Below, in pieces: positions 48,211 through 56,347 of a stretch of DNA of 64,000 nt (positions are counted from its first letter, which is position 1; every line of letters starts with the position of its first letter). Both the position numbers and the translations under genes were made by a program. Origin of the DNA: a virus; IMG/VR virus record IMGVR_UViG_3300032323_002905, positions 25,453-89,452 of that record. One strand, written 5' to 3'. The notes beneath the pieces are model-generated. The model was given only the letters and a program-made list of their open reading frames with translations. It was not told where the DNA came from and did not search any database.

Positions 48211-48966
48211 TTATATGAATTGGTTTATTTTTTGTTTTGCTTGATCTAGTGTATCAAAACTACGATCTACAGAAAGTAAATCTTTTATATCTTGGTTTAT
48301 TTGTTCTTTTTCTCTAGCTGATTTAGCTATTTCTTCTGGTGTTTTAGGTTTACCTACTGATTTAGTAGTATCAAAGAAACGTTTTTTAATTTCTTCAGGA
48401 TTATAATCAGTTTCAGCATCTTTAGGATCGTTATTAACTAATATAAAATTATCACCAAATGCTTCTTTATATGTGTCTATATTTTTAGTATAATCACGCC
48501 ATGTTCTTACTACAATAGATGGTAACAAGTTTCTATCACGTTGTAAATTGCGTTCTAATGAAGTAATAGGCGAAACATATAATGCTAACATCAATGTATT
48601 GTATCCTAGTGCTTCAAGTTCCGCTTTTTTCTTAAGTAATGGTTTACTTGCACCTCCTGTACCGTCAACTACCACATCTTTTAGATCTTTAGTTAACTCA
48701 TCATATTTTTCTCTAGTAATTTTTTGCGCTTGTCCCATTAATTTAGCAGCCTGAGATAATTCTTCAGGTCCGAAATCTTTTTGAGACATACCTAAACCTG
48801 ATTTCTTTAATAATTCTTCATAAGAATCATCAATATTAATGACATTAAATGAAGGAGGTATTAATTGTTTAGATATATATGACTTACCAGAACCAGCAGG
48901 ACCAGCTAAAAATATAGCTTTAGGCGCAGATGATGCTTCTGTTAATAATTGAACTAGAGAAATCAT
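48211..48966 (-). CDS. Zeta-toxin-like P-loop kinase with N-terminal leader
   Basis: KAIFLAGPAGSGKS, INIDD, VVDGTG, LGY and SLERNLQRDR motifs. Confidence 0.8.
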   Translation of the reverse strand: MISLVQLLTEASSAPKAIFLAGPAGSGKSYISKQLIPPSFNVINIDDSYEELLKKSGLGMSQKDFGPEELSQAAKLMGQAQKITREKYDELTKDLKDVVVDGTGGASKPLLKKKAELEALGYNTLMLALYVSPITSLERNLQRDRNLLPSIVVRTWRDYTKNIDTYKEAFGDNFILVNNDPKDAETDYNPEEIKKRFFDTTKSVGKPKTPEEIAKSAREKEQINQDIKDLLSVDRSFDTLDQAKQKINQFI

Positions 48967-48988
48967 AAATATATGTTTGATATAAATA

Positions 48989-49762
48989 TTACAGTTCTCT
49001 TTTTACTGTAGTTTTAAATTCAGTAAATACCGGAGCATCATTAGGATGTTCAAGATCAAATAAACGGCGTACAGTACGGAAAATATCAAGATTTTCTTCA
49101 TGTGTACGAGTTGGTAATACCATTTCCCAACCTTTACCTTGCATTTTATCTTTAGCTGGTTTGCGTTTAGTTGATTTTAACCATAGAATACCATAGTTAT
49201 CAACTTCCTTACCATAACATTCTTTGTAACATTGGCCATAAACTGCTGTTTGTAACTCATAAGTAGTTTGAACATGGTTAGATGTTTTATAATCAATTAA
49301 CCATAGTTTACCATCAATTTCACATAACATATCGCAAGTACCCGCTACTCTTAATTCATCCGAAAATAAATGTACTTCGGATTCAATTAATTTAGGATTA
49401 TAAGTTTCCCAAAAATCAACAAAACGTAAAAACATTTGCCATACATCAGGATTATATTGTGGATAACCAGCAGGACTAAGGAAATTCATTTCTTTACCTT
49501 CTAAGTACTCTTCAATCATTTCGTGAGTTTGTGTACCTTCTTCAGCGGCTTTTTTAACAATGTACTCTGAAGCGTAACCTACTTTTTTTAACCAATCTTC
49601 AAAAAATTTACCTTTTGGATACATACTTAAAACATATGTCACTGATGGGTAGTAATTGGTATTGCGTCTATAATATCTGGAATCGGGTAATGTAATTTGT
49701 TTGTGGTCTTCAGAAATTTCTAGAATTCTGTTGTAAGAATGCTTGATGTTTTTATTTATCAT
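48989..49762 (-). CDS. PD-(D/E)XK exonuclease
   Basis: YPSVT, GTQTH, AGTCD, IDYKTS and LQTAVY motifs. Confidence 0.85.
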   Translation of the reverse strand: MINKNIKHSYNRILEISEDHKQITLPDSRYYRRNTNYYPSVTYVLSMYPKGKFFEDWLKKVGYASEYIVKKAAEEGTQTHEMIEEYLEGKEMNFLSPAGYPQYNPDVWQMFLRFVDFWETYNPKLIESEVHLFSDELRVAGTCDMLCEIDGKLWLIDYKTSNHVQTTYELQTAVYGQCYKECYGKEVDNYGILWLKSTKRKPAKDKMQGKGWEMVLPTRTHEENLDIFRTVRRLFDLEHPNDAPVFTEFKTTVKREL

Positions 49763-50691
49763 AATAGATATAGTTTTTTCTCAAGTAAACCTGAGAAAGT
49801 TAGGGGATAGGTGTTCTGTATTATTTCTGTAAAATGTCTGAATCCTAATTCACTTGGATCTTTACCATCTAAATCTACTAAATATACTTCTTTACCTTCA
49901 TTTATTAATTGTTCACAAAATTGTAATGCTTCTTTTAAAGCATCTTTATCTAATGCTATATAAATTTTCTTAACAGATGATGCTACTAGCTTTAACATCA
50001 ATGTAGACTGTATATTCTTGCCTAATAACGGTATAGCATTTCGTTTAATAGCAATGGCGTCAAACATTCCTTCGCACAGTATAATCGGTGTATCCCAGTT
50101 TATAAACAGCTCAAATGGTATAATATTACGTGACACATCTGGGTTCTTATATTTAAGACTTGATGTTTTATCAAAATTACGAGCTGTAAAATAATTTAAT
50201 TTACCTGTAGCATCATATGATGGTAAAATAATCATTTTATTAAATTTACCACCCTCACAATAACCTATATTATATTTTAATATATCGTCTTCTGTTATAC
50301 CTCGTTTTTTAATATAATTTAAAGCATGTTTACCTATGATATCACTATCAGGTATATTAACTAATGGTTTAAATTCTTGAGGTAATTTTAAAATAGTTGT
50401 AGTTTGTACTATTTTTTCGCCTGATGTATATTTAACTAATGGTTTTAGTTCTGCTAACTTATCAGGATCAGCATGTATTGCTTTAAATAGATTAACTAAT
50501 GATTTACCTTTTTTATTACAACTCCAACAATGCCATGGATTTTCACCTTTATCTGACTCAGTAAAATTGATTTCTAATTTAGGTTTATGGTGATTACAAA
50601 AGGGACAATGATATGCATAATTACCTTTTGATGTAGATTTACTAATGCCTAAAACCGAATTTACTAAATTTACAAGTAGTTGATTTACCAT
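49759..50691 (-). CDS. DNA primase (Zn finger + TOPRIM)
   Basis: CPFC..HCWSC, YIKKRGI, CEGMFDAI and ALDKDA motifs. Confidence 0.9.
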   Translation of the reverse strand: MVNQLLVNLVNSVLGISKSTSKGNYAYHCPFCNHHKPKLEINFTESDKGENPWHCWSCNKKGKSLVNLFKAIHADPDKLAELKPLVKYTSGEKIVQTTTILKLPQEFKPLVNIPDSDIIGKHALNYIKKRGITEDDILKYNIGYCEGGKFNKMIILPSYDATGKLNYFTARNFDKTSSLKYKNPDVSRNIIPFELFINWDTPIILCEGMFDAIAIKRNAIPLLGKNIQSTLMLKLVASSVKKIYIALDKDALKEALQFCEQLINEGKEVYLVDLDGKDPSELGFRHFTEIIQNTYPLTFSGLLEKKLYLL

Positions 50692-50696
50692 ACCTC

Positions 50697-50728
50697 ATAT
50701 TATACAAAGGATAGGTTAAAAAGCCAAA
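50697..50728 (-). promoter_or_regulatory. Bacteroidetes-type -33/-7 promoter of primase
   Basis: TTTG-N20-TATAATAT, 5 nt before the ATG. Shares TTTGGCTTTTTAA with the 9443 element. Confidence 0.55.
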
Positions 50729-51187
50729 CTATAATGTGAAGTCCTTAGTAAAGAACTTACCTAATATATTATCATTATAGAATGATTCTGGGTGTTCTAG
50801 TACTTTATAGGTAAATAGAGCTTGTGTTTCGTAGTAAGTTAGTAATTTTTTATTAGGAGCTAATTTAATTATAGTACGAGTAAACAATGATTGTTTACCT
50901 TCCTTAATTAATTGCATTACTTCTTTATTAGAACCATAATATGTTTCCCAATCTGATTCTTTAGTTACTATCTTAGTAGTTGGTTTACGACCAACACCTG
51001 TTAGTTCAGCTACTTCTTTTTTACCTAATTTTACTTTTTTATTATGGTATAATACTTTTTTACCTATATAAGATTTATTAGTATCAGTATTTTTAACTAT
51101 ATAAATAAATCCAAATGTATCTTTAGGAAAATCATTGAGGTTAGTGATGGGTTTACTATTGTAAACCCAAGTTGGTAATGTTAACAT
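50729..51187 (-). CDS. GIY-YIG family endonuclease
   Basis: GFIYIV..SYIGKK, YYGS, the catalytic E and YN motifs. Confidence 0.85.
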   Translation of the reverse strand: MLTLPTWVYNSKPITNLNDFPKDTFGFIYIVKNTDTNKSYIGKKVLYHNKKVKLGKKEVAELTGVGRKPTTKIVTKESDWETYYGSNKEVMQLIKEGKQSLFTRTIIKLAPNKKLLTYYETQALFTYKVLEHPESFYNDNILGKFFTKDFTL

Positions 51188-52191
51188 TATCTGTCTAAAT
51201 TAATTAATATTGTTGTATCTGTAGTAGGCGATACAGGTAGGGGTTGGGATAATTTTCCTACTGCTAATAAGTTTTGATTTTCATCATATAAACCTACTGT
51301 TGTTACATAAGGTGAAAAATAAGAACCGGTTACATTATCTGTTAAATATTGTCCTGGAGTAAAGAAAATACCCATTGAACTTGATATTAATGTACTACCT
51401 GAAGATAAACTTGGGTTTTGAGAAAAGTTAAATTCATTTTCTCTGATAGTACATTTGTATTGTGTTTCATATATTTTATATGAACTAGAGAATGAACAAG
51501 TTATATTACTACCAGTGACATATTCTAAAATTGAAACATTATCTCCTTCTTGACCCCCATAAAGTGTATTACCATAAGTTACAAATCCATATCCCATAGG
51601 ATTAGAAGTGGTAATAGTTATAAGTCCTTGATAATAAAATATATTACCTACAATTTCTAAATTTGGATCTATTATATTACCTTCTCCATCATCTGTTAAA
51701 CTACCACTAGGTGTGGTATAAACAAATGATTTAGGTTGAATATAATCTCCAAATAAACGTGAAGGAATAGATATAACACCTATAATATCTCCTGAACCTG
51801 TAGGAAAATATCTTTGGTAAGTTAATGTAGTTTGTAAATAATTGAAATAGTTAGGTGTTTGAGTAGTACCAACATATCTATCTCCAGCTTCATCAGCGCC
51901 AGGAATTAAACTAGCTGTGGTTACATTATCACTGTAACTTGAACTTAAGTAATTAGTGTAATATAATTCTTTAATTGAATTATATATTAAACTTTGATAT
52001 TGAGTTGATACCTGTCCTGTTGTAGGAGCTGTAGTTGGATTAAAGGCACCTGTTATATTTGTACCTAAAAATCTATCAATTCCAACACCAGAAGCAGTTA
52101 ATGCGGCCGCTCCCTCGAAGTAAAATGCTTTATTTACTTCGAAGGGAGTAACTACGATATCAGATGCTAAAAATTGTTTGTAAGCGCCCAT
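51187..52191 (-). CDS. Baseplate/tail structural protein (paralog of 52195..53229)
   Basis: EFNFSQNPS and YVTTVGLYDENQNLLAVGKLSQP C-terminus. Confidence 0.7.
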   Translation of the reverse strand: MGAYKQFLASDIVVTPFEVNKAFYFEGAAALTASGVGIDRFLGTNITGAFNPTTAPTTGQVSTQYQSLIYNSIKELYYTNYLSSSYSDNVTTASLIPGADEAGDRYVGTTQTPNYFNYLQTTLTYQRYFPTGSGDIIGVISIPSRLFGDYIQPKSFVYTTPSGSLTDDGEGNIIDPNLEIVGNIFYYQGLITITTSNPMGYGFVTYGNTLYGGQEGDNVSILEYVTGSNITCSFSSSYKIYETQYKCTIRENEFNFSQNPSLSSGSTLISSSMGIFFTPGQYLTDNVTGSYFSPYVTTVGLYDENQNLLAVGKLSQPLPVSPTTDTTILINLDR

Positions 52192-52194
52192 TCA

Positions 52195-53229
52195 TTAGAA
52201 ATCTAATTTTACTCTAATAAGAGCTTCTTTTGTAAAATCTTTTAATAATGGTCTAGATAATTTTGCTACCGCTAATAATTCGTTAGTATCATTATATAAA
52301 CCTACTGTTGTAATGTATGTTTGTGGATTATTAATAAATGAAGGATATAATACTTCACCTGTTGAACCTGAGATAAATGATGGATTTTCTGAGTAGTTAA
52401 ATTCAGCACTTCTAGGTCTTACAAAGATAAAATCTGAAGTAATTGTTTCTTGAGAATTAATTGTAAATGTTGCTGCTGTTGAACCACTTATAGCTCTATA
52501 TAATCTTTGATTATTATTTCCTGCTGCGTTTGATACTACACTGTAATTTAATCCAATACCTCCTGAAGCTAATGAACCACTTAAAGCAAATGGATTTAAT
52601 AAAATAGTTCCAATATCTGGCAATAGCCAGCCATATGAACCTGAATTTAGGCTATATCCATCAGTTGTTGTAGCTGCTGTGGTTACTTTAACACCAGCTG
52701 AGCCTGAAATTAATTGAAATACTCTACCTGCTTCTGTAAATGTTTGAGAAGCTACATAGTTACTATTATCTGTTAGTGATATAACTCCTAAACTACCTGA
52801 TAATTCTAATGTTAAAGAACCAGGAAATAATGATTGTTTATATCTTGCTCTTTCAAATGATATAGCCCAAAATTGTGAAGATGTAAAGGCACCAAATACA
52901 AAATCTGTATTTTCATCTCCTAATACTATATTTTGGTATTGACCATAAATAGTAGAAGTAGGTGATAATCCTAGTACTGCTGAGTTATATAATGGGCTTC
53001 CACTTCCTGATGCATTACCATAAGCTATAGCAAATTGAATTGAAGCTGTAGATGATGTTTGAGGATTAGATTGGAAAACATTTAAATAATAATCTCCACT
53101 TGAACCAGCTTCTTGAACTGATGATGTGAAAAAAGTAGTTAATGTAGGTAAAGCACCAGTCCATAACGTTGCTGTTATTGAATCTGAGCTTACTACAAAA
53201 TCTGAGGGGTCTAATCTATTAAAAGACAT
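52195..53229 (-). CDS. Baseplate/tail structural protein
   Basis: EFNYSENPS and YITTVGLYNDTNELLAVAKLSRP C-terminus. Confidence 0.7.
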   Translation of the reverse strand: MSFNRLDPSDFVVSSDSITATLWTGALPTLTTFFTSSVQEAGSSGDYYLNVFQSNPQTSSTASIQFAIAYGNASGSGSPLYNSAVLGLSPTSTIYGQYQNIVLGDENTDFVFGAFTSSQFWAISFERARYKQSLFPGSLTLELSGSLGVISLTDNSNYVASQTFTEAGRVFQLISGSAGVKVTTAATTTDGYSLNSGSYGWLLPDIGTILLNPFALSGSLASGGIGLNYSVVSNAAGNNNQRLYRAISGSTAATFTINSQETITSDFIFVRPRSAEFNYSENPSFISGSTGEVLYPSFINNPQTYITTVGLYNDTNELLAVAKLSRPLLKDFTKEALIRVKLDF

Positions 53230-53239
53230 ATGTTATATA

Positions 53240-53899
53240 TTAAGATACTTTAGTTACTGTTACTGGGATTGTTTGTCTTGCTCCACTATCTCTACCTACT
53301 ATTGTTAATGTAGCTTGTAATTGAGTATAAGTTTGGAATAATGTATTTACTGTTGTAGCTCTTAAATTAAGTACTGTTCCTACTACTGTTTGAGATACTG
53401 TTGTACCTAATGTTGTAGTTGAATTAGATACATTTAATGCTGTTACTGCTGGTGTATTAACACCTACACCTTCAAATGTACTCATTAATCTAACATCAGA
53501 AATTGTAAATGTATATCCTGATGGTTCAACTGTATTAGCTCCTAAATAATTTAATGTTTGAGGAGAAATTGCTTGTGATGCACCTTGTTTTAAAATAATT
53601 GAAGGAGGTACTGATAATATAGGTAATCTAGCTGTACCACGAGGTAAAGTTACTAACTTATATTTCATAGTTTGAGTAGTTTCAGCAAATGCCTCTAATA
53701 AAGGCATATTTTCAATTGCTTGACCATAGTAAGCTGAACCTGATGGATTAGTTGGATTATATAAAGTATAATCAATTTCATCATCAGCTAAAGCAAATTG
53801 TGTGATTCTAAATGAACCGTCATTTTGAGCTAGTAACTGACGACCTGTTGTTGTTAATATCGCGTCAACTGTTACTATAGTATTATTTAAATATCCCAT
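53240..53899 (-). CDS. Baseplate/tail structural protein
   Basis: DAILTTTGRQLLA..ITQFALADDEIDY, similar to fibre-attachment N-termini. Confidence 0.65.
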   Translation of the reverse strand: MGYLNNTIVTVDAILTTTGRQLLAQNDGSFRITQFALADDEIDYTLYNPTNPSGSAYYGQAIENMPLLEAFAETTQTMKYKLVTLPRGTARLPILSVPPSIILKQGASQAISPQTLNYLGANTVEPSGYTFTISDVRLMSTFEGVGVNTPAVTALNVSNSTTTLGTTVSQTVVGTVLNLRATTVNTLFQTYTQLQATLTIVGRDSGARQTIPVTVTKVS

Positions 53900-53942
53900 T
53901 GGTTATTGTTTATTTTTGTTATAAATATATACAAGTTTAATT

Positions 53943-56342
53943 TTATATTAGATTTTGAGTTATTATATTTTGAATTATTGTATCTACTTCTTTAGTAACA
54001 TACTGTGGTTTTAAAATACCATTACCTGTACTATTAGCACTACCACTTTTATCTTGTAATGGAAAATTTGTATTAATTAAAATACTTGATGGATCATCTA
54101 CATATCGTCTTAATAAGAAATAATCTAAATTAACACCATTTGGTATTTCTTGATCTAAATTAAGTATCATTTGATTATTAGCTGATGAAGTAACAGCGGT
54201 GATAATAAATGATAATTGTTCTAATCCTTCAAATCTAATTTCATCATATATTTGTGGTTCAAAATCTAAATTAATAGGTTTAAATCCACTATTTTCTATA
54301 TCTTTTTGTTTTTGAGTTCTATAATTATTTAAACCATCAGATGCTGTACTAGCTAATAATATATTAGCTGATGAACCTGTTGTCCAAAATGGTGCTTTAC
54401 ATGTTCCTACTCCAGGATTAGGATATTGAGTTACCCAGAAATAAGATTTATTAGTTAGATATACTGAGGTGTTACCAGTTTGACCTGGATATGGTCCAAT
54501 ATTAACCGCTGCTACTCTATATAAAGAAGAAGTTGTAGCATCTTTATCTTGATAAAAAATAGGAGTATATTTACCACTAATATATTGAGTTTGAACTTTT
54601 GTTAAATCAGTCCATGTTGCCCCACCATTTATTGATTTTTGTAAAGCCCAATCAATAATAACTGCTGCTCTTCTATCATTTGGATCATCTAATGTGGTAG
54701 CAGCTAAATAAATATGAAAATCTAAAATATATCCATCTGTTTTTAAATTAGTTAAAGATCCTGTAGGTTTATAAATACCATCTATAGTAAATGAACCATT
54801 ATCAGCTGTAAAACTAGCAGAAGATCCTATAAAAGTAGGAGAAGAAAAATGAAGAACCGCGGGTAATGTCATTCCTAAAGTTAGAATATCATTGACACCA
54901 GGGGCATACATCATGTAATTATTTTTAGTAGTATTTGGGCCTTGTTCTCCTTGAACAAAGATTATACTACCTGTATATCCAAACCCAGTTATGTCACCAT
55001 TAGTATCATAACTTGCTGTTTGTGTATAAATAATAGGTTCAATTCTATAACCACTTTTATAAATAGGCCACTGACCATTTAATGTTGATATATCAGAACC
55101 TGATACTTCTACATTATTTAAGAAAATAGTAGCATTAGATGGAATATACTTTAATCTATTATCATCAGGTGAAGATATAATAAGAGCATCAGAAAATGTT
55201 TGACGGATTGTATTTAAATTTATATTATCAGTATCATTAATAGGTTTTGTAAGATTATTATTATTATCAATAATATATTCAATATTAACTTGAGTTAAAT
55301 CAACATTATTATTACCCCATTGAGGAGATGTACCATTTAAACTTTTAAATGAAATAAAATTTACTTCTGGGTTGCTTATATTAGGTGTTTTTCCATAAGA
55401 TATATCACCATCAGTCCATTCATTAAATTTAGCTGAGTTTAATTCTTGACCAATATATCTAGGACTAATATGAGCAAATGTTGTATAATTTGAATCTTGT
55501 ACCGCTGCTCTAGTTGCTGTACCATCTATAATTGATGCTGAATTTACAGCTTGTATAGTGTTAGTAGAATAATCTACATCCATATAAAGTTCACTAAAAC
55601 GAGGTATAACAGCATTTCCTGCTAATACATTATAATCACTAACAAAAAAATCTTCATCAATATATGGTTGTAAAACAACTAAATCTGAAGATGATACAGT
55701 AGGATTTATTGATTGAGTAACAAAAAAACTACTTGTTACTTGGGTAGTATTATCAGTAAAAATAACTATACCTATTTGATTATTTTCTGTTAATACACCT
55801 GAAAAAGATGCTGATACTATTTGAGTACTATTATTAGTTGAGACAATAGAACTAGATGCTATATTAAGACCTGTAGTTGTATTTACTATTTGTAATTGAG
55901 AAAATACATTTCCTCCAGTATTAGATGATATAGATGCTGTTGATGTTATAGTTATAGGAATATTAGGTTGATTACCTAAAATATATTGACCTGATGAAGT
56001 ATTAAAATAATTTAAATTATCATAACTTACTGATCCTGATAAATTGTAAGCCGTTAATGTAGCAGATGTGTTTAAACTTCCTGTCCATCCTGCTTTAAAT
56101 CTATAATCTAATATATAATTATCAGTTGATGATGTAGCATTAGTAGTTGCTACCCCAAATAAGAAATAATCATCATATTTTGAAATTGAAGTGATAGGAT
56201 ATTCTATTATATTAGTATCACTATAATCAATTCTTATACTATTTAATTCTTGTAGTGATAAAGTATTATCCTTACCTTGCTTATCTATACGAGCAATTTT
56301 AATAAATTTAACACCTTGTGAAAAAACGGGAGTATATGGCAT
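53943..56342 (-). CDS. Large virion structural protein (baseplate region)
   Basis: 799 aa, S/T/N-rich beta protein in the baseplate operon. Confidence 0.65.
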   Translation of the reverse strand: MPYTPVFSQGVKFIKIARIDKQGKDNTLSLQELNSIRIDYSDTNIIEYPITSISKYDDYFLFGVATTNATSSTDNYILDYRFKAGWTGSLNTSATLTAYNLSGSVSYDNLNYFNTSSGQYILGNQPNIPITITSTASISSNTGGNVFSQLQIVNTTTGLNIASSSIVSTNNSTQIVSASFSGVLTENNQIGIVIFTDNTTQVTSSFFVTQSINPTVSSSDLVVLQPYIDEDFFVSDYNVLAGNAVIPRFSELYMDVDYSTNTIQAVNSASIIDGTATRAAVQDSNYTTFAHISPRYIGQELNSAKFNEWTDGDISYGKTPNISNPEVNFISFKSLNGTSPQWGNNNVDLTQVNIEYIIDNNNNLTKPINDTDNINLNTIRQTFSDALIISSPDDNRLKYIPSNATIFLNNVEVSGSDISTLNGQWPIYKSGYRIEPIIYTQTASYDTNGDITGFGYTGSIIFVQGEQGPNTTKNNYMMYAPGVNDILTLGMTLPAVLHFSSPTFIGSSASFTADNGSFTIDGIYKPTGSLTNLKTDGYILDFHIYLAATTLDDPNDRRAAVIIDWALQKSINGGATWTDLTKVQTQYISGKYTPIFYQDKDATTSSLYRVAAVNIGPYPGQTGNTSVYLTNKSYFWVTQYPNPGVGTCKAPFWTTGSSANILLASTASDGLNNYRTQKQKDIENSGFKPINLDFEPQIYDEIRFEGLEQLSFIITAVTSSANNQMILNLDQEIPNGVNLDYFLLRRYVDDPSSILINTNFPLQDKSGSANSTGNGILKPQYVTKEVDTIIQNIITQNLI

Positions 56343-56347
56343 ATATG

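Noticed and set aside
48211-48966. Zeta toxin-antitoxin module
   Set aside because: No epsilon-like antitoxin is recognisable; only the kinase fold is supported.
48989-49762. Cas4
   Set aside because: Lacks the four-Cys Fe-S pattern; fits a phage exonuclease next to primase.
50729-51187. Mobile homing endonuclease
   Set aside because: Catalytic domain only, with no DNA-binding repeats and no intron; TAATG-coupled like a resident gene.
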